DNA of 64,000 nt. It comes from Oopsacas minuta (taxonomy: Eukaryota; Animalia; Porifera). The position numbers and the translations under genes were made by a program. Shown piece by piece: positions 49,638 to 61,400 of the stretch. Every line of letters begins with the position of its first letter. Within the stretch, counting starts at the first letter, position 1. The stretch lies in contig JAKMXF010000301.1 in assembly GCA_024704765.1 (NCBI GenBank), positions 451,143-515,142 on the forward strand, given 5' to 3'. The notes beneath the pieces are model-generated. The model saw nothing but the letters and a program-made list of their open reading frames with translations, was not told the origin of the DNA and searched no databases.

Positions 49638-52606
49638 TGTTATGGGCAATATGAGAAATTGGGCATTATGCATAATGCCCAGGCAATATGCATAATGCTA
49701 CTTTTTTAGTCAATATGCATAATGTCCAGGCAATATGCATAATGCTACTTTTTTAGTCAATATGCATAATGTCCAGGCAATATGCATAATGCTACTTTTT
49801 TAGTCAATATGCATAATGTTACTCATATTGGACAATATGCATAATGGTACTCATATTGAACGATGTGCATAATATCCAGGGAATATGCATAATGCTAGTT
49901 TTCGAGTGCCTCGTAATAATTATGCGACTTTTAATTAATTCAATTCATGAAAACTGATCGTAGATATAGGATATTCTATCATGCTAGATTCCGCTATATG
50001 CATTCTGGTCGGACAATCTACCTCGTAAGTGGTCCTTCTGAACCTAGTACGTCAACTTTATGTGGTCTCCCTTGGACCCTTTATATTTGGCCATGTGTCT
50101 TGCTAGTACTTTGTATTGCATACTTGAACACTGAATAAACATACTTTCCTGAATATAGCCTAATTACCAAATGAATACTCGGGAAATATTTATGAATAAA
50201 ATAGCTGAAGCTGTGAAGAATAAAGCAGGGAACATGTCATTTTTCACCAAAGATGATTATCAAGCAACAATAGAGCGAATACAAAGCCTGGATGAAGATA
50301 AAAGTATTCAAAAAAATCCAAAGGATTATAGACTAGTGAAAAAATTCGAAATTTTGGAAATTCAAGTTGATGGTATCATAATCAAAAAGCTTAAGAAACA
50401 AGCATCGCAGCAACAATTCGTTTTCTTTGAGGAATTATTTGATATTATACATGCAGCTCACCTGTCAACTGGACATAGTGGTAAAATACTCATGGAACAT
50501 AAATTGTCAGAAGATTATGCAAACATTACGAGAGAACATATTTGTACCTATTTGCAACTTTGCGAAAAATGCCAGCTCAAGAAAAGTAAAGTCAGAAAAT
50601 CTCTTGTCGTCAAGCCAATCATTAGCAATCAGCTCAATTCGAGATGCCAGGTGAGGTATATTGTTTATCTATACAAATTTCGCATTGTAGCTGCAAAAAT
50701 CCGACTAGTGAAGCATTGTTTTCTACAAGTATAATGAACTGGACATGTAAATCGGAGAAATATTTCCAGTTTGTATTAACTTATTTCTATCAAGGTTGAC
50801 CTTATTGATATGCAAAGCCAACCAGACGGCAAGTACAAATACATTATGACATATCAAGATCATCTTACTAAGTTTGTAACATTAAAAGCGCTAGAATCGA
50901 AACGTGCAGAAGGGGTAGCTTATCATCTGATTGATATTTTTTGTGATAAAGGGGCACCTCATATTCTACAGTCTGATAATGGCCGTGAGTTTGCGAATCA
51001 GGTATGTTAAATTGTGTAGAATGAATATTATCAGCCTATACATAGATTTATCATTTGATTAATCTTATTTTCACACCTTTTGGCTACATTCTTAAGATTG
51101 TGAAGGAAGTAATAAATCTCTGGCCTGAGTGTCGATTAGTCCACGGAAAACCTCGACACTCCCAGTCACAAGGCTCAGTCGAGAGGGCAAATCGGAGCGT
51201 CGAAGAAATACTTGCTTGCTGGATGCGTGACGAAAATTCAACCAAATGGTCAGAAGGACTTAGATTCGTCCAATGGAAAATTAACACAAGACTACATACA
51301 GGTATTATTCTATATTTAAGATAAATAATTATAACAAAAATGTACAATAAAATAGTATGTATGCATTTATACTTGGACTATCTTAGGAATTGGAAGGACT
51401 CCTTATGAAGCTGTTTTTGGGATAAGACCACAACTAGGAGTAGTTTCAACCAACCTCACAATCGATGCAGCTTCTATTCTAGATACTGAAGAGCAATTAG
51501 AAGAAATTTTGAATTCAGAAGAAGAATATTCGAAGCAACAGATGTTAGGACAAGACGATATAGCCCCAGACACGGCATCAATCACTCAACAATCTGAAAT
51601 AACAAACTATAATTGTGTATCATGTCAACAAATATCCAGTGGAGCGCACACTTGTATGTCTTGTGGGCTTTTTTGCCATGCTATACCACCATGTTCTGTA
51701 AACAATGGAAGTGAAGAAGAAGGATTTGGTTCAGCTGTATTATGCAGGCTATGTCATCAAGCGAATCAAATTACGCAGCAGCGAAAAGGAGCGAAAAGAA
51801 TACAAGGAGTGCAGGCTGATAAAATGTTCGAGCAATCTAGAAAACGATTCAAACAAGCAAATATTGGGGATACAGTAATGGTCCCTTTACCCGACGTAGA
51901 TCGAGGTAAAGGTGACTTTCGAAACATTAAAGCAGTTGTTGTGGCAGTTGAGCATAATGGTACCTACAAGCTAGGTACAAAATACGGCCAATTGAATTCG
52001 CATTACACCAGAAATCAATTTACTCCATGCCTGGATAAATTCTTGGAGATAAATGATGTCCAAACAGGAAAAGAGATTTCTTTGCGACAAGTAGCACGCA
52101 ATGAATCAGTTGGGACAGGTCAAGGGATGTTTCATTGCTCTTGTAAGAAGACATGTCTTCGTACTACGTGCAAGTGTTATCGTTCAAATCGACTATGTCA
52201 CAGTAGGTGTCACAACAACCAAAGCTGCAGTAATAAGTAGAGTTGTGAAAATAGAGACCTCATAGTACTATTAGCAAAGAAGAAATGTAAGCCAAGTAGC
52301 TGAGTATTTATAGAAGAATAATTAGCCAAAACATATTGTTATATAAAAATTACTGATAACAAGATAAGAAAATTGTATATTGCGTATGGATAATTGTATT
52401 TCGTATATTATCCAATGAGAGTAGCATTATGCATATTGTCCAATATGAGTAACATTATGCATATTGCCTGGACATTATGCATATTGACTAAAAAAGTAGC
52501 ATTATGCATATTGCCTGGACATTATGCATATTGACTAAAAAAGTAGCATTATGCATATTGCCTGGGCATTATGCATAATGCCCAATTTCTCATATTGCCC
52601 ATAACA
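49638..52606 (+). mobile_element. Ginger2/TDD-type (integrase-like DDE) DNA transposon, young
   Basis: TGT...ACA ends and a 4-bp TSD TATA on both sides. The TIRs are identical for about 150 bp and built from GCAATATGCATAATG repeats. Confidence 0.93.
50171..52240 (+). CDS. Spliced Ginger2/KRBA2-like integrase-type transposase, about 581 aa; exons 50171-50650, 50795-51001, 51097-51301, 51387-52240
   Basis: Three GT-AG introns (phases 0, 0, 1) join the ORFs into a stop-free frame of 1746 nt. HHCC finger (HAAHLSTGH...CEKC), VDLID, QSDNG, GSVERAN, TPYEAVFG, plus Cys-rich C-terminal modules. Confidence 0.9.
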
Positions 52607-55550
52607 TATACATAGGAAAATTTCAAATGTCAGGTGCACACAACTATAGTTCACTACGAGTATACATACCAACCTTGGCGTCTTAATCTCTAAATATGTG
52701 ATCAGGAGACTGAACAGACTATTTTACAAGCATCCTAGTTTTGACAAATTAAAATTGAGTATAATTGTTAAACCATACATTGGATAGATACAAAGATCAC
52801 ACGTATACTAAAGTTAATGAAAATCAAGCATAACCTTGTGTAGGAGGCAAAATTCATGCTAGTAGTATCGTGAGATTTTGCACCTCCCCCCATTCAACTA
52901 TATTATCCATGGTGTGGGCTGACTTTACACGGGGGCATTTTATTAACTTTTGTTGTTTAGTCAATATTGCCTATAATTGATGTCTGCAATTATTCCTCTA
53001 CCCTTGACAAACTATATCAGGCCAGGACCACTTGTGGTCAGCCATATCTGGTTCCGTGACTATGTAAAGTGTCAATTTAAACAAATTTGGTCATAGATTT
53101 AATTCATTCAAGTAAATAAATTATGTGATGAAATGTCTATACGACGAAATATCCGTATGACAATGGGTCGCCATTCCATGGAAATAGGATTAAGATATAT
53201 TTCCTGCAACAATGTTGCATGAAAATTTTGAACTTTTTCATACAACATTGTTACACCGCGTATGTTATCTTGTTGCATACAATAAATAGTATATAACAAA
53301 GTTGCACCATGTATGGTGAGCTTAACTAAATCACTGTTAAATTCCACCCCTGCTAGAACTCAAATATTGTAAAGGTGTACGCAAGCTTGTTGTATATTTA
53401 ATTAAAGTAAGTTATTGCGCACATAGGGATGTTTATTAGCTGCGACAATATTAATATAGTACACTTTCGCAGAAAAAATATGTTCATGAATAAATCAACA
53501 ATACAGTCGAACCTTCTTCCAAGATCCGGGCACCTCTCTGATCAGGGCACAATTTTTCCAAAAAGTTGAAATATTTTTGCAGTACAGAGATTTATTTATG
53601 CGTTATATTTAATCGTGCGAGCATGCGGTTTGCCGCATTTCAGACAATTTATTAACGAAAAGTTGTATCGCACAAGTGTATTCCCGTACGATAAAATATT
53701 ATGCAAAAATATCATCAAATCTAAGGCATTAGGATCTTTCGATCCATTGGAAAAATAGGATCGTGATCGAATTGATTTTTCTGAAAAGATCCGATCTTTG
53801 TAAATATCTACAAGTATTAGGGCTATCCTAGACAAGTTGTTACTAATTCGAAACTCCCAATTCAATCCATACTTCTTGTGAATTAGCTCAATGATCCACA
53901 ATCAAAAAGGAATATTAGAATAATAACTGACAATCGAAAAGTATTTCATACCTATCAGTTGTTTGAACTTTATGTATGCCTCAGATGGTAAATAAGGTGG
54001 GATAAATTTATAGTCCATCGTTTTTCTTACTACATTAGCCTCCAAATTACTGTTGGTAAATACTAGTTTCGGCAGTAAGTAGAATTAAAGTCGTTACATA
54101 TACTAACAATATTTAGGTGTAAAAGAGTGCTTTATCACCTACATAGAATGACTTAAATATACAGGGCATCACCTCTTCTTTTTGAAATGATGTCCCGCAA
54201 ATTATGTACGAATAAATAGATAATCAAATCATAACTTATATTCGAAAGGTCCAGCTGTAGTATTTAAAATATCAACTGTACTTCGAATAATGTATCATCA
54301 ATTCATAGATTACTGTAATAATGGACTGTAGGCTGTCAGGGTCCATTGTGTTTTCTTGATATCTCCTGATCCACTAAAGTTAGACTAGGAAAATGTATTA
54401 TTGCTGGATAGGAAGTCATATGTTGGGCTTCGATTGACCATATTACCTTACCTGAAATATTTGTGGAATGTGAGTTATGTGGTTTTCACACCTTCCCAAA
54501 TAATGTTGATATTATCACAATATCGCTTCCAATTGGGCTAGACATGATGTATTATACGATGGGGACCTATGGGTAACGACTCCTTCAGTCAAATTTCCTT
54601 ACCTCATAGCCAATTATATATAGTCATCAAGGTAAATTGTGAATTTAGGGTTAGGGATGTTGTTGTTGGCCGAGGAATTTATATGGGGTATTTGTATCGT
54701 AGAAACGGTGCATTTTTGCCAGAATAAATGTAATACACATTTCAGGAATGTGCCAAAATATTTATCTAGTAACTGGGGCGTCGGAATCGCCGCGATTGCC
54801 GCTACAATAATTTCCGAAACCTTTATTACCTTACACTTGTTTGATGTTTTTCAACTGTGAAAGATTCTTTTGTGGATCAAATACGGATATAATGTATTCT
54901 TCATTATTTGACTAGCAAATCATTATTGATCAACCTATCTCAACTTCAATAATATAAACATTGGATATTATTTTCGTTGTATAATAACAGGTTTATCATG
55001 TCTACCCCAAATTGGAAGCGATATTTTGACATAATCAACATAATATAGAAATGTGTGAGAACTACAGAACTCATATTCTACAATTATTTTGGGTAAGTCA
55101 ATATGAGTAATCGACTCCCAACATATGTCTTCATATCCAATAATAATGCATTTTGCAGTCAAACTCTAGCAGATTAGGAAATATCGAGAAAACACTATGG
55201 GCCCAAGATCCAGGACCCATCCGGCAGCTTGAAGTCCTTTATTCTATTAGTCAATGCATCAATTAAAAGATCGTAAATTGGATCGTGATCGGATGGTATA
55301 TCCTTTCAGAATTTAGGATTGGAATCGGGAACGTTGATCATAATTTCAGCCGGGATCGGGATCGGGATCTAGTCCTTTAATTAAGGAAAGTCTAATGTCC
55401 TAGTCATATCGCACAAATAAAGCTGTATACTGTAAATAATAGAGTTACCTTTATTGTACAATGGATCCCGATTAACTGTATATATATATATATATTCGCC
55501 TACTTGTAAACACCTTGAGGCTCTAGATAAAGGCGTACTAAATGCTCCAC

Positions 55551-55580
<30 letters not shown>
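55551..55580 (+). repeat. (TAT)10 microsatellite
   Basis: Direct reading of the sequence. Confidence 0.95.
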
Positions 55581-55581
<1 letters not shown>

Positions 55582-56189
55582 GATTCATTTCGTATTTCCA
55601 CCTTTTAAACAAATATCAATATTTAACGTTCTACAATCTACTTAGCTTCAAAGATGGAGTGATTTTGAAGTAATCGCAAATTAAGGTTTACTAAGTTAAT
55701 AAATTGGCATCTTTTTGACAAAGTTTTTGCTTCATGTAATGAGCACATGTATTTCTACAAGTATCTACTCCAGGATAATAATCTCAAACGGAATTAACCA
55801 ATCCCTGGTCCTTAACACATTCCCCGCGCCATTGCCTTAGTGCATTAGCATGCTATGGGGGAACCAACATGATCTACGAGGTCATTATATATGAATTCCT
55901 ATTCAACGATAATACATTTCATATATCTAGCTAGGGATAATGACGAGATTTTAATATGAACAGGGTTAATACGAACTCCAGATAAGGCCCACAAAATTTG
56001 ACCATCCGTTGGTATTCCTATTAACGAGGTTCCACTGGATATCGATTCATGAACATGGGGAAGTGACTGAAGAATTTGGTAAACCACCATGATTTTTATT
56101 GGTCCCTGTCAAATGGTTGGGAAGAGTAATTGCTTTTTTGAAGGACACAAGTCTATTTTAGTTCACTTGTGTAGTTAATTCATTTTCAA

Positions 56190-59100
56190 ATGTTTATCTA
56201 TTTTAGCCTTGCTATGCGACGCCAAAGATCCTCACTATCTGATCCTGTAGTTTGCACAAGAGGTTTCAAACTCATTTCTCAAATAATTAACATCACAGAC
56301 ATTGACTTTAGAAAACGTTCTATTAGTCTTAACACACAGCTTAGCTTTATTCCACAAAACCCGTCAAAACCGACACGTCTATTCCTCAATTGTCAACAAA
56401 TTTGCATCCTGAAACTATTAGTAAATGGCAATGAAGCAAAATTTACATATATTGATCCATCTTTAGAAATTTGCTATAACAACAAAAACCGGCGTGATGC
56501 GAATTACTTTTTCCAATCTAACAGAGAAAATGTGTTATCTTCCGATTTAGATTTACCTAACGGTGTGGGGGAACTTATAGTTTCAATTCCACAATCTGAA
56601 ATTCATTCTTCAGAAATAATCAAGCTCAATATTGAATGCAAACTAGATAAGCCAAAAGGGGGAATTCAATTCGTTCTTCCACCTGAGTCTCACTTTAGCG
56701 ATAACCAAACTTTACCTCAAGGATCCCATCTGTACACTTCTACTCATGGAAATACTTCTAGGTTATGGTTCCCATGTGTAGACTGTTATTCAGAACTGTG
56801 TACATGGGAAATTAATATTTGTTGTCCCAGTGCTTGTTTCGCTCTGTCTACAGGTGATCTAATTGACCATAAATTCATGGTTGAAACTAAGAGAAAATTT
56901 TTCAAATATAAACTCAATATTCCAACTTCTGCGCCTAATATTGGATTAGCTGTTGGTACATTTGAAGTATATCCAGACCCGGCCTACTCTCAGGCAACTT
57001 ATTTCTATCTTCAAGGCTTGTTTCCTATTGTAGAACATACAGTATCATTCCTAAAGAGAGTTTATGACTACTTACAGGATCTATTGAATTTGTCCTTACC
57101 GTACCAAATACATAAGATAGTTTTCGTATCTGACTGTACTTTTAACTGTTTATCCTACTCTTCACTTACGATTTGCGATGTAAATCTGTTACATCCAAGA
57201 GAAATAATTGAGCAAGCAATCGAATCTAGGAAAGTATTTATTCAAGCTATCACGGCTCAATATTTTGGTTGTTTTCTATGTCCTGCCACTTGGGATGACT
57301 TCTGGATTGTCCATGGCATAAAGGGTTATGCTTCTGGATTGATTTTTAAAAGTGTATTCGGAACCAATGAATACAATTATTTTATTAAAGAAATGATTGA
57401 ATCTGTTGTAGATTTCTACTCACAGCCTGGGGCAAGCACATTCCCCCTCTATTCCTGTTCAGGGCCATTACCAACTTTTGCTCCCACATCTACGCACCCT
57501 ACGAAATCTTACAATACGACAGATAAAGGTCATTCGCTTACATACATGGAAAATCTCTTCCATCCTTTGTTGTCTACTTATGAAGAACTTTACATCTTTC
57601 AGAACAAGGCTGCTTTAGTGATAAGAATGTTATCACTTCGTATAGGTAAAGATATCCTTCTTAAAGTCTTACAAAAGATTCTAGCTCTCTGTTCTCAAGC
57701 ATCTAAGTGCCCAAATTCTTCTGAGTGGACTATGATGCTGGTCTCTACGGTTGGATTTTTACGTCTTATTTTGACAGTTTCAGGCAAAGATATTAGCAGC
57801 TTTATGCACAACTGGGTCTGTTCAAGTGGTATTCCAAGTCTCTCAATAAGTTACTCCTTCAATCGACGTAAGAACAGTCTTGAAATGGAAGTTAAGCAAG
57901 ATTCAAATTCGAATATTAAATCTAAATTCACTGGTCCTTTAGCCATTGTTGTACAGGAAATTGATACTTTCTATTTACACACAATTCAGATTGAAGACGT
58001 AATATCTCGTCACGAAATACAGTTCCATACCAAATTAAAGAGGACAAAACGTAAACAGAAATGTATATTATTTAACGGACTAGAAATTGAAGTTGATCTG
58101 ACCTCTAGTGAACTTGAGTATCCTCTACTTTGGGTCAAACCTGACCCTCAGATGTGTTGGATGAGTAAGATTTCCATTGATCAGCCAACACTAATGTGGA
58201 TGAATCAATTGAAGCATGAAAGGGATGTTATTAGTCAGAGGGACGCAATCAATACTCTAACAAGAGTATACGCGAAAGAAGTGATCTCACATTTAGTGGA
58301 AATGCTTTTAGATACTAGTGTCTTTTATCGTGTAAGAATTCAATGTATAAAATGTTTGATTCAACTTCTAAACAAATTCTACTATGATGAAAACCCTATA
58401 AGCATGTTAGATTGTTTCTATAAATTATACGGTAGTAAAGAAACCCCTAGCATTATTGCACCTAATGACTTTAGTAACTTTGGACATTACTTATTACAAA
58501 AGGAAATGCCAAAGACAATAGCTGGATTGCGAAACCAACAGCAACAAACTCCGAGAGATGTTTTGAAATTCCTAATAGACCTCTTAAAATACAATGAAAA
58601 TGCTTCAAATGACTATTCTGATGATTATTATGTCGCCTCATTAGTTGATGCCATGCGTAGTTCTCTTACCGTCCCACTTAGTTACTTTTCTTCAAAATCA
58701 GCTTTACTTAGCCCTCAACAACACTTTTCTACCCTCTCTAAAGAAATAATAGAGATAATACGGGCTGTTATTCATCTGCTAAACACTGAAAAACTATTAC
58801 CTTCGTACCAATATGTTATTACTTGTAGTTGTATAACAACCATTAGGCTTTTCCAAACCTACGGGTTTATACCCATGAACCTAGATTTCTTTTACACTTA
58901 TATCAATGGTCAGTATTCCCATGTTCAATTCGTAGCACTCATCGCGATAATTGACATATTGTCTTCAATTCAGGATTATCAGATGTTTAGTGATTTTTTG
59001 AATTATATTTTGAACCACGATTGCATAAGTTTCAGGTGTAAAGCTATACAATTGCTGATTTCAACTCCTCCTTTCGTTAAAAAGAGGGCTTCAAAATTAA

Positions 59101-59297
59101 ATAAACCAGATTTGGTTGAAAGATTATGGACATCGCTGAATTTTTTCACAGCTTTCAATCCTCAAGAAAGAATCCTCTTAGCCAACCTCTATCTGGTTAT
59201 GTATGGCAGGGTTACACCTGCGTGCTTACCTCAGTCGCTGGGGGTAGTTATAGATTTGAAGGAAAAGACAGCTCATTGTAGTTTACATCCAGATTAA
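56190..59297 (+). CDS. TAF2: Transcription initiation factor TFIID subunit 2 (M1-aminopeptidase-like fold, no HEXXH), intronless; likely start at 56214
   Basis: FKLISQIINITDIDF, SRLWFPCVD...CTWEI, SAPNIGLAVGTFE, QYFGCF, LLWVKPDPQM, QLKHERDVISQ, FYRVR, NDFSNFGHYLLQKEMP, DLLKYNEN..NDYSDDYY. Confidence 0.95.
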   Translation: MFIYFSLAMRRQRSSLSDPVVCTRGFKLISQIINITDIDFRKRSISLNTQLSFIPQNPSKPTRLFLNCQQICILKLLVNGNEAKFTYIDPSLEICYNNKNRRDANYFFQSNRENVLSSDLDLPNGVGELIVSIPQSEIHSSEIIKLNIECKLDKPKGGIQFVLPPESHFSDNQTLPQGSHLYTSTHGNTSRLWFPCVDCYSELCTWEINICCPSACFALSTGDLIDHKFMVETKRKFFKYKLNIPTSAPNIGLAVGTFEVYPDPAYSQATYFYLQGLFPIVEHTVSFLKRVYDYLQDLLNLSLPYQIHKIVFVSDCTFNCLSYSSLTICDVNLLHPREIIEQAIESRKVFIQAITAQYFGCFLCPATWDDFWIVHGIKGYASGLIFKSVFGTNEYNYFIKEMIESVVDFYSQPGASTFPLYSCSGPLPTFAPTSTHPTKSYNTTDKGHSLTYMENLFHPLLSTYEELYIFQNKAALVIRMLSLRIGKDILLKVLQKILALCSQASKCPNSSEWTMMLVSTVGFLRLILTVSGKDISSFMHNWVCSSGIPSLSISYSFNRRKNSLEMEVKQDSNSNIKSKFTGPLAIVVQEIDTFYLHTIQIEDVISRHEIQFHTKLKRTKRKQKCILFNGLEIEVDLTSSELEYPLLWVKPDPQMCWMSKISIDQPTLMWMNQLKHERDVISQRDAINTLTRVYAKEVISHLVEMLLDTSVFYRVRIQCIKCLIQLLNKFYYDENPISMLDCFYKLYGSKETPSIIAPNDFSNFGHYLLQKEMPKTIAGLRNQQQQTPRDVLKFLIDLLKYNENASNDYSDDYYVASLVDAMRSSLTVPLSYFSSKSALLSPQQHFSTLSKEIIEIIRAVIHLLNTEKLLPSYQYVITCSCITTIRLFQTYGFIPMNLDFFYTYINGQYSHVQFVALIAIIDILSSIQDYQMFSDFLNYILNHDCISFRCKAIQLLISTPPFVKKRASKLNKPDLVERLWTSLNFFTAFNPQERILLANLYLVMYGRVTPACLPQSLGVVIDLKEKTAHCSLHPD

Positions 59298-59351
59298 ACT
59301 TTATTTTTAAAATGATAACCTAGTATATAGGACCATAGCATTCTATATATA

Positions 59352-59503
59352 CAGTCGAAACCGGGTTTTTCTTACTATTTTTTCATGCTCAGATTGTAGA
59401 GAATGTGGAATTTACATACATTTTCCATCGGTATATTCTTACTATAGGTTTTATTACTAAATTTTCCTGCAAAGAAATACTAAGAAATGATTGGTTTCGA
59501 CTG
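59352..59503. mobile_element. pogo-type MITE
   Basis: TA|CAGTCGAAACC...GGTTTCGACTG with an 11-bp perfect TIR; the right flank is TC. Confidence 0.7.
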
Positions 59504-60925
59504 TCTAAGGCAATTGTAATCCATTGAAATTTTGGACCAGGGACAGAGATATATAGTGGTGCTAGGACGCTTTGACGAAAGGACATCTTTCTAAAGACCT
59601 CATGCTGGAAAGACAAACTCAACTAAAACACTAAATTTTTCCTATTCTCATAAGACCGAACATAGAAAACTTTACAATAGGATCTCAGATGATTTATATA
59701 AAATATCATTTTCTCATGCTTATAGACTCCTTTAGATATAAGGACTGTAGGTGCTCCTTTCTCGGGTCCATTGGTATTTTGTAATTGGTTAAAGTTAGAC
59801 ATACAAAATGTATCATTGTGGAATAGGAGGTCATAGTTAATGAGTCACTTGATCATATTGGTTTTCCCGAAATATTTGGGGAATGTGAGTATGCGGTTTT
59901 CACACCTTTCCCAATATTGTAATTTAGTTAACTTCTGTATTCTAACTTTAAAAATTAATGATATATCGGTGAAGTTAACACGAAAATAACAGTGTTAGAT
60001 CATTATGGTAGCTAAAATCGCATTACTAATCGATATTTTTAGCCAAAATAACGATAATCTTAACCACCTCACGGATAGAAATTTTCAAAAGTTGACAACT
60101 ATGCAAGTGCAACTTTATACCAAATTTGGTCCTCTACCCGACTTGTTTCGATAATCGTAAAATTCTATGCTAACAGCCATGACTATAACAGGGCTCTCAA
60201 CTCACATGATCTGGTCGTGATTCACACTATTTTGGGCCAAAATTCACAATCACACGATTATCTGAGAGTGTGATTTGTTGGAATCTCACACGATTTGGTC
60301 GTGTGAGTTTGGAATCTTAGACAAGATCATACCGTGTGATTTTCCAATTTCACTTTATAAGCAGATATTTGTATAAATGACTATTATTGTAGTTACTTCC
60401 ACCAACCTATTTTCCAGTTAATCTGATGGAACATTACTTGTATATTTCTCTTCCTCTGTTATTCTACCTAATCCATCATTTTCGAGCAAATGCTACAGGG
60501 ATAGGGGATGTCATATTACGGACAGAAATACTAAGTAATACTTTTTCAATGCACTCAAACAGTCTGGGGATTTGGACTTTTCAATATATAAAATATCAAG
60601 TAGTAGAATATTTCGGGTTTCATTACTAAAACGATGAGTCAGCCCTTTCAGATAATCCGTCCGATATCACAAGATTTGCTGTGATGTAAGGTGAGAGCCC
60701 TGCTATAATTATCTCAAAGTAAACTCTTAAAGAAATGAAAAAATGACTAATATGAAGCACTGATTATGGAATATTTCACACATTAGTACATCCCCAAACC
60801 AAACGCCTTGCAACCCTACCCGCTGTCAGACTACCCTCCGTACCTATAATAACGAACCGTGATTCCTTACCAGCCAACAGCGTGTAATTCATAATGAAAG
60901 GATGGAAATATTTTATACTCATATA

Positions 60926-61400
60926 CAGGGTGTAATGAAGTTTTGTCGGGTATGAATTATTAATGTCACTTATGATTGTATAGCAACCACAAGTAGGAAT
61001 TGATCACTAGTATTTTTCCGATCTAAGAAAGTAACATAACTACTATTATTCTGATTTATCATATTTCTGGCTCTTTAGGATTAGAAATTTTAATTATTTT
61101 CGCATTTTTCTACAAAATGAATCTCAAATATCAAGGTTTGACGGTTCGTTCGTAGGCTATTGGGATGCTGAAGGCTGGTGTGACTCAGAAGATCGTAGCT
61201 AGTAGGCTTCAAAGATCAATAGAACGGTGGTGGCACAACAAAAAGCTGGGAACTCTCAAGAAACCAAACTTGGTTCTGGAAGACCTGAATCTCTAATCGG
61301 TGAACAAAAATAATATTTCAACGTCACTTGGCAAGAGGTGCAAATCCACTTGGATATTGGCGCCTACTTTGAAAAAGAAGGGCTATCCATAGCATTCTAT
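60926..61400 (+). mobile_element. 5' fragment of a Tc1-like element
   Basis: TA|CAGGGTG terminus. From 61117: ...AIGMLKAGVTQKIVASRL..RWW...SGRP (paired-like HTH). Confidence 0.7.

Larger units (their letters stand above)
48370..53340. repeat. Diverged long inverted repeats flanking the Ginger element (48380-48545 plus 48836-49015 vs 52760-52950 plus 53140-53310)
   Basis: For example, AATCTCACGCTACTACTAGCATGAGAATTTG pairs with CAAAATTCATGCTAGTAGTATCGTGAGATT, and GGATATTTCGTCG units pair with CGACGAAATATCC. Confidence 0.65.

Noticed and set aside
56190-59297. TAF2 ORF as an active M1 aminopeptidase
   Set aside because: The HEXXH zinc motif is absent (VFIQAITAQYFG at the equivalent position), as expected for TAF2.
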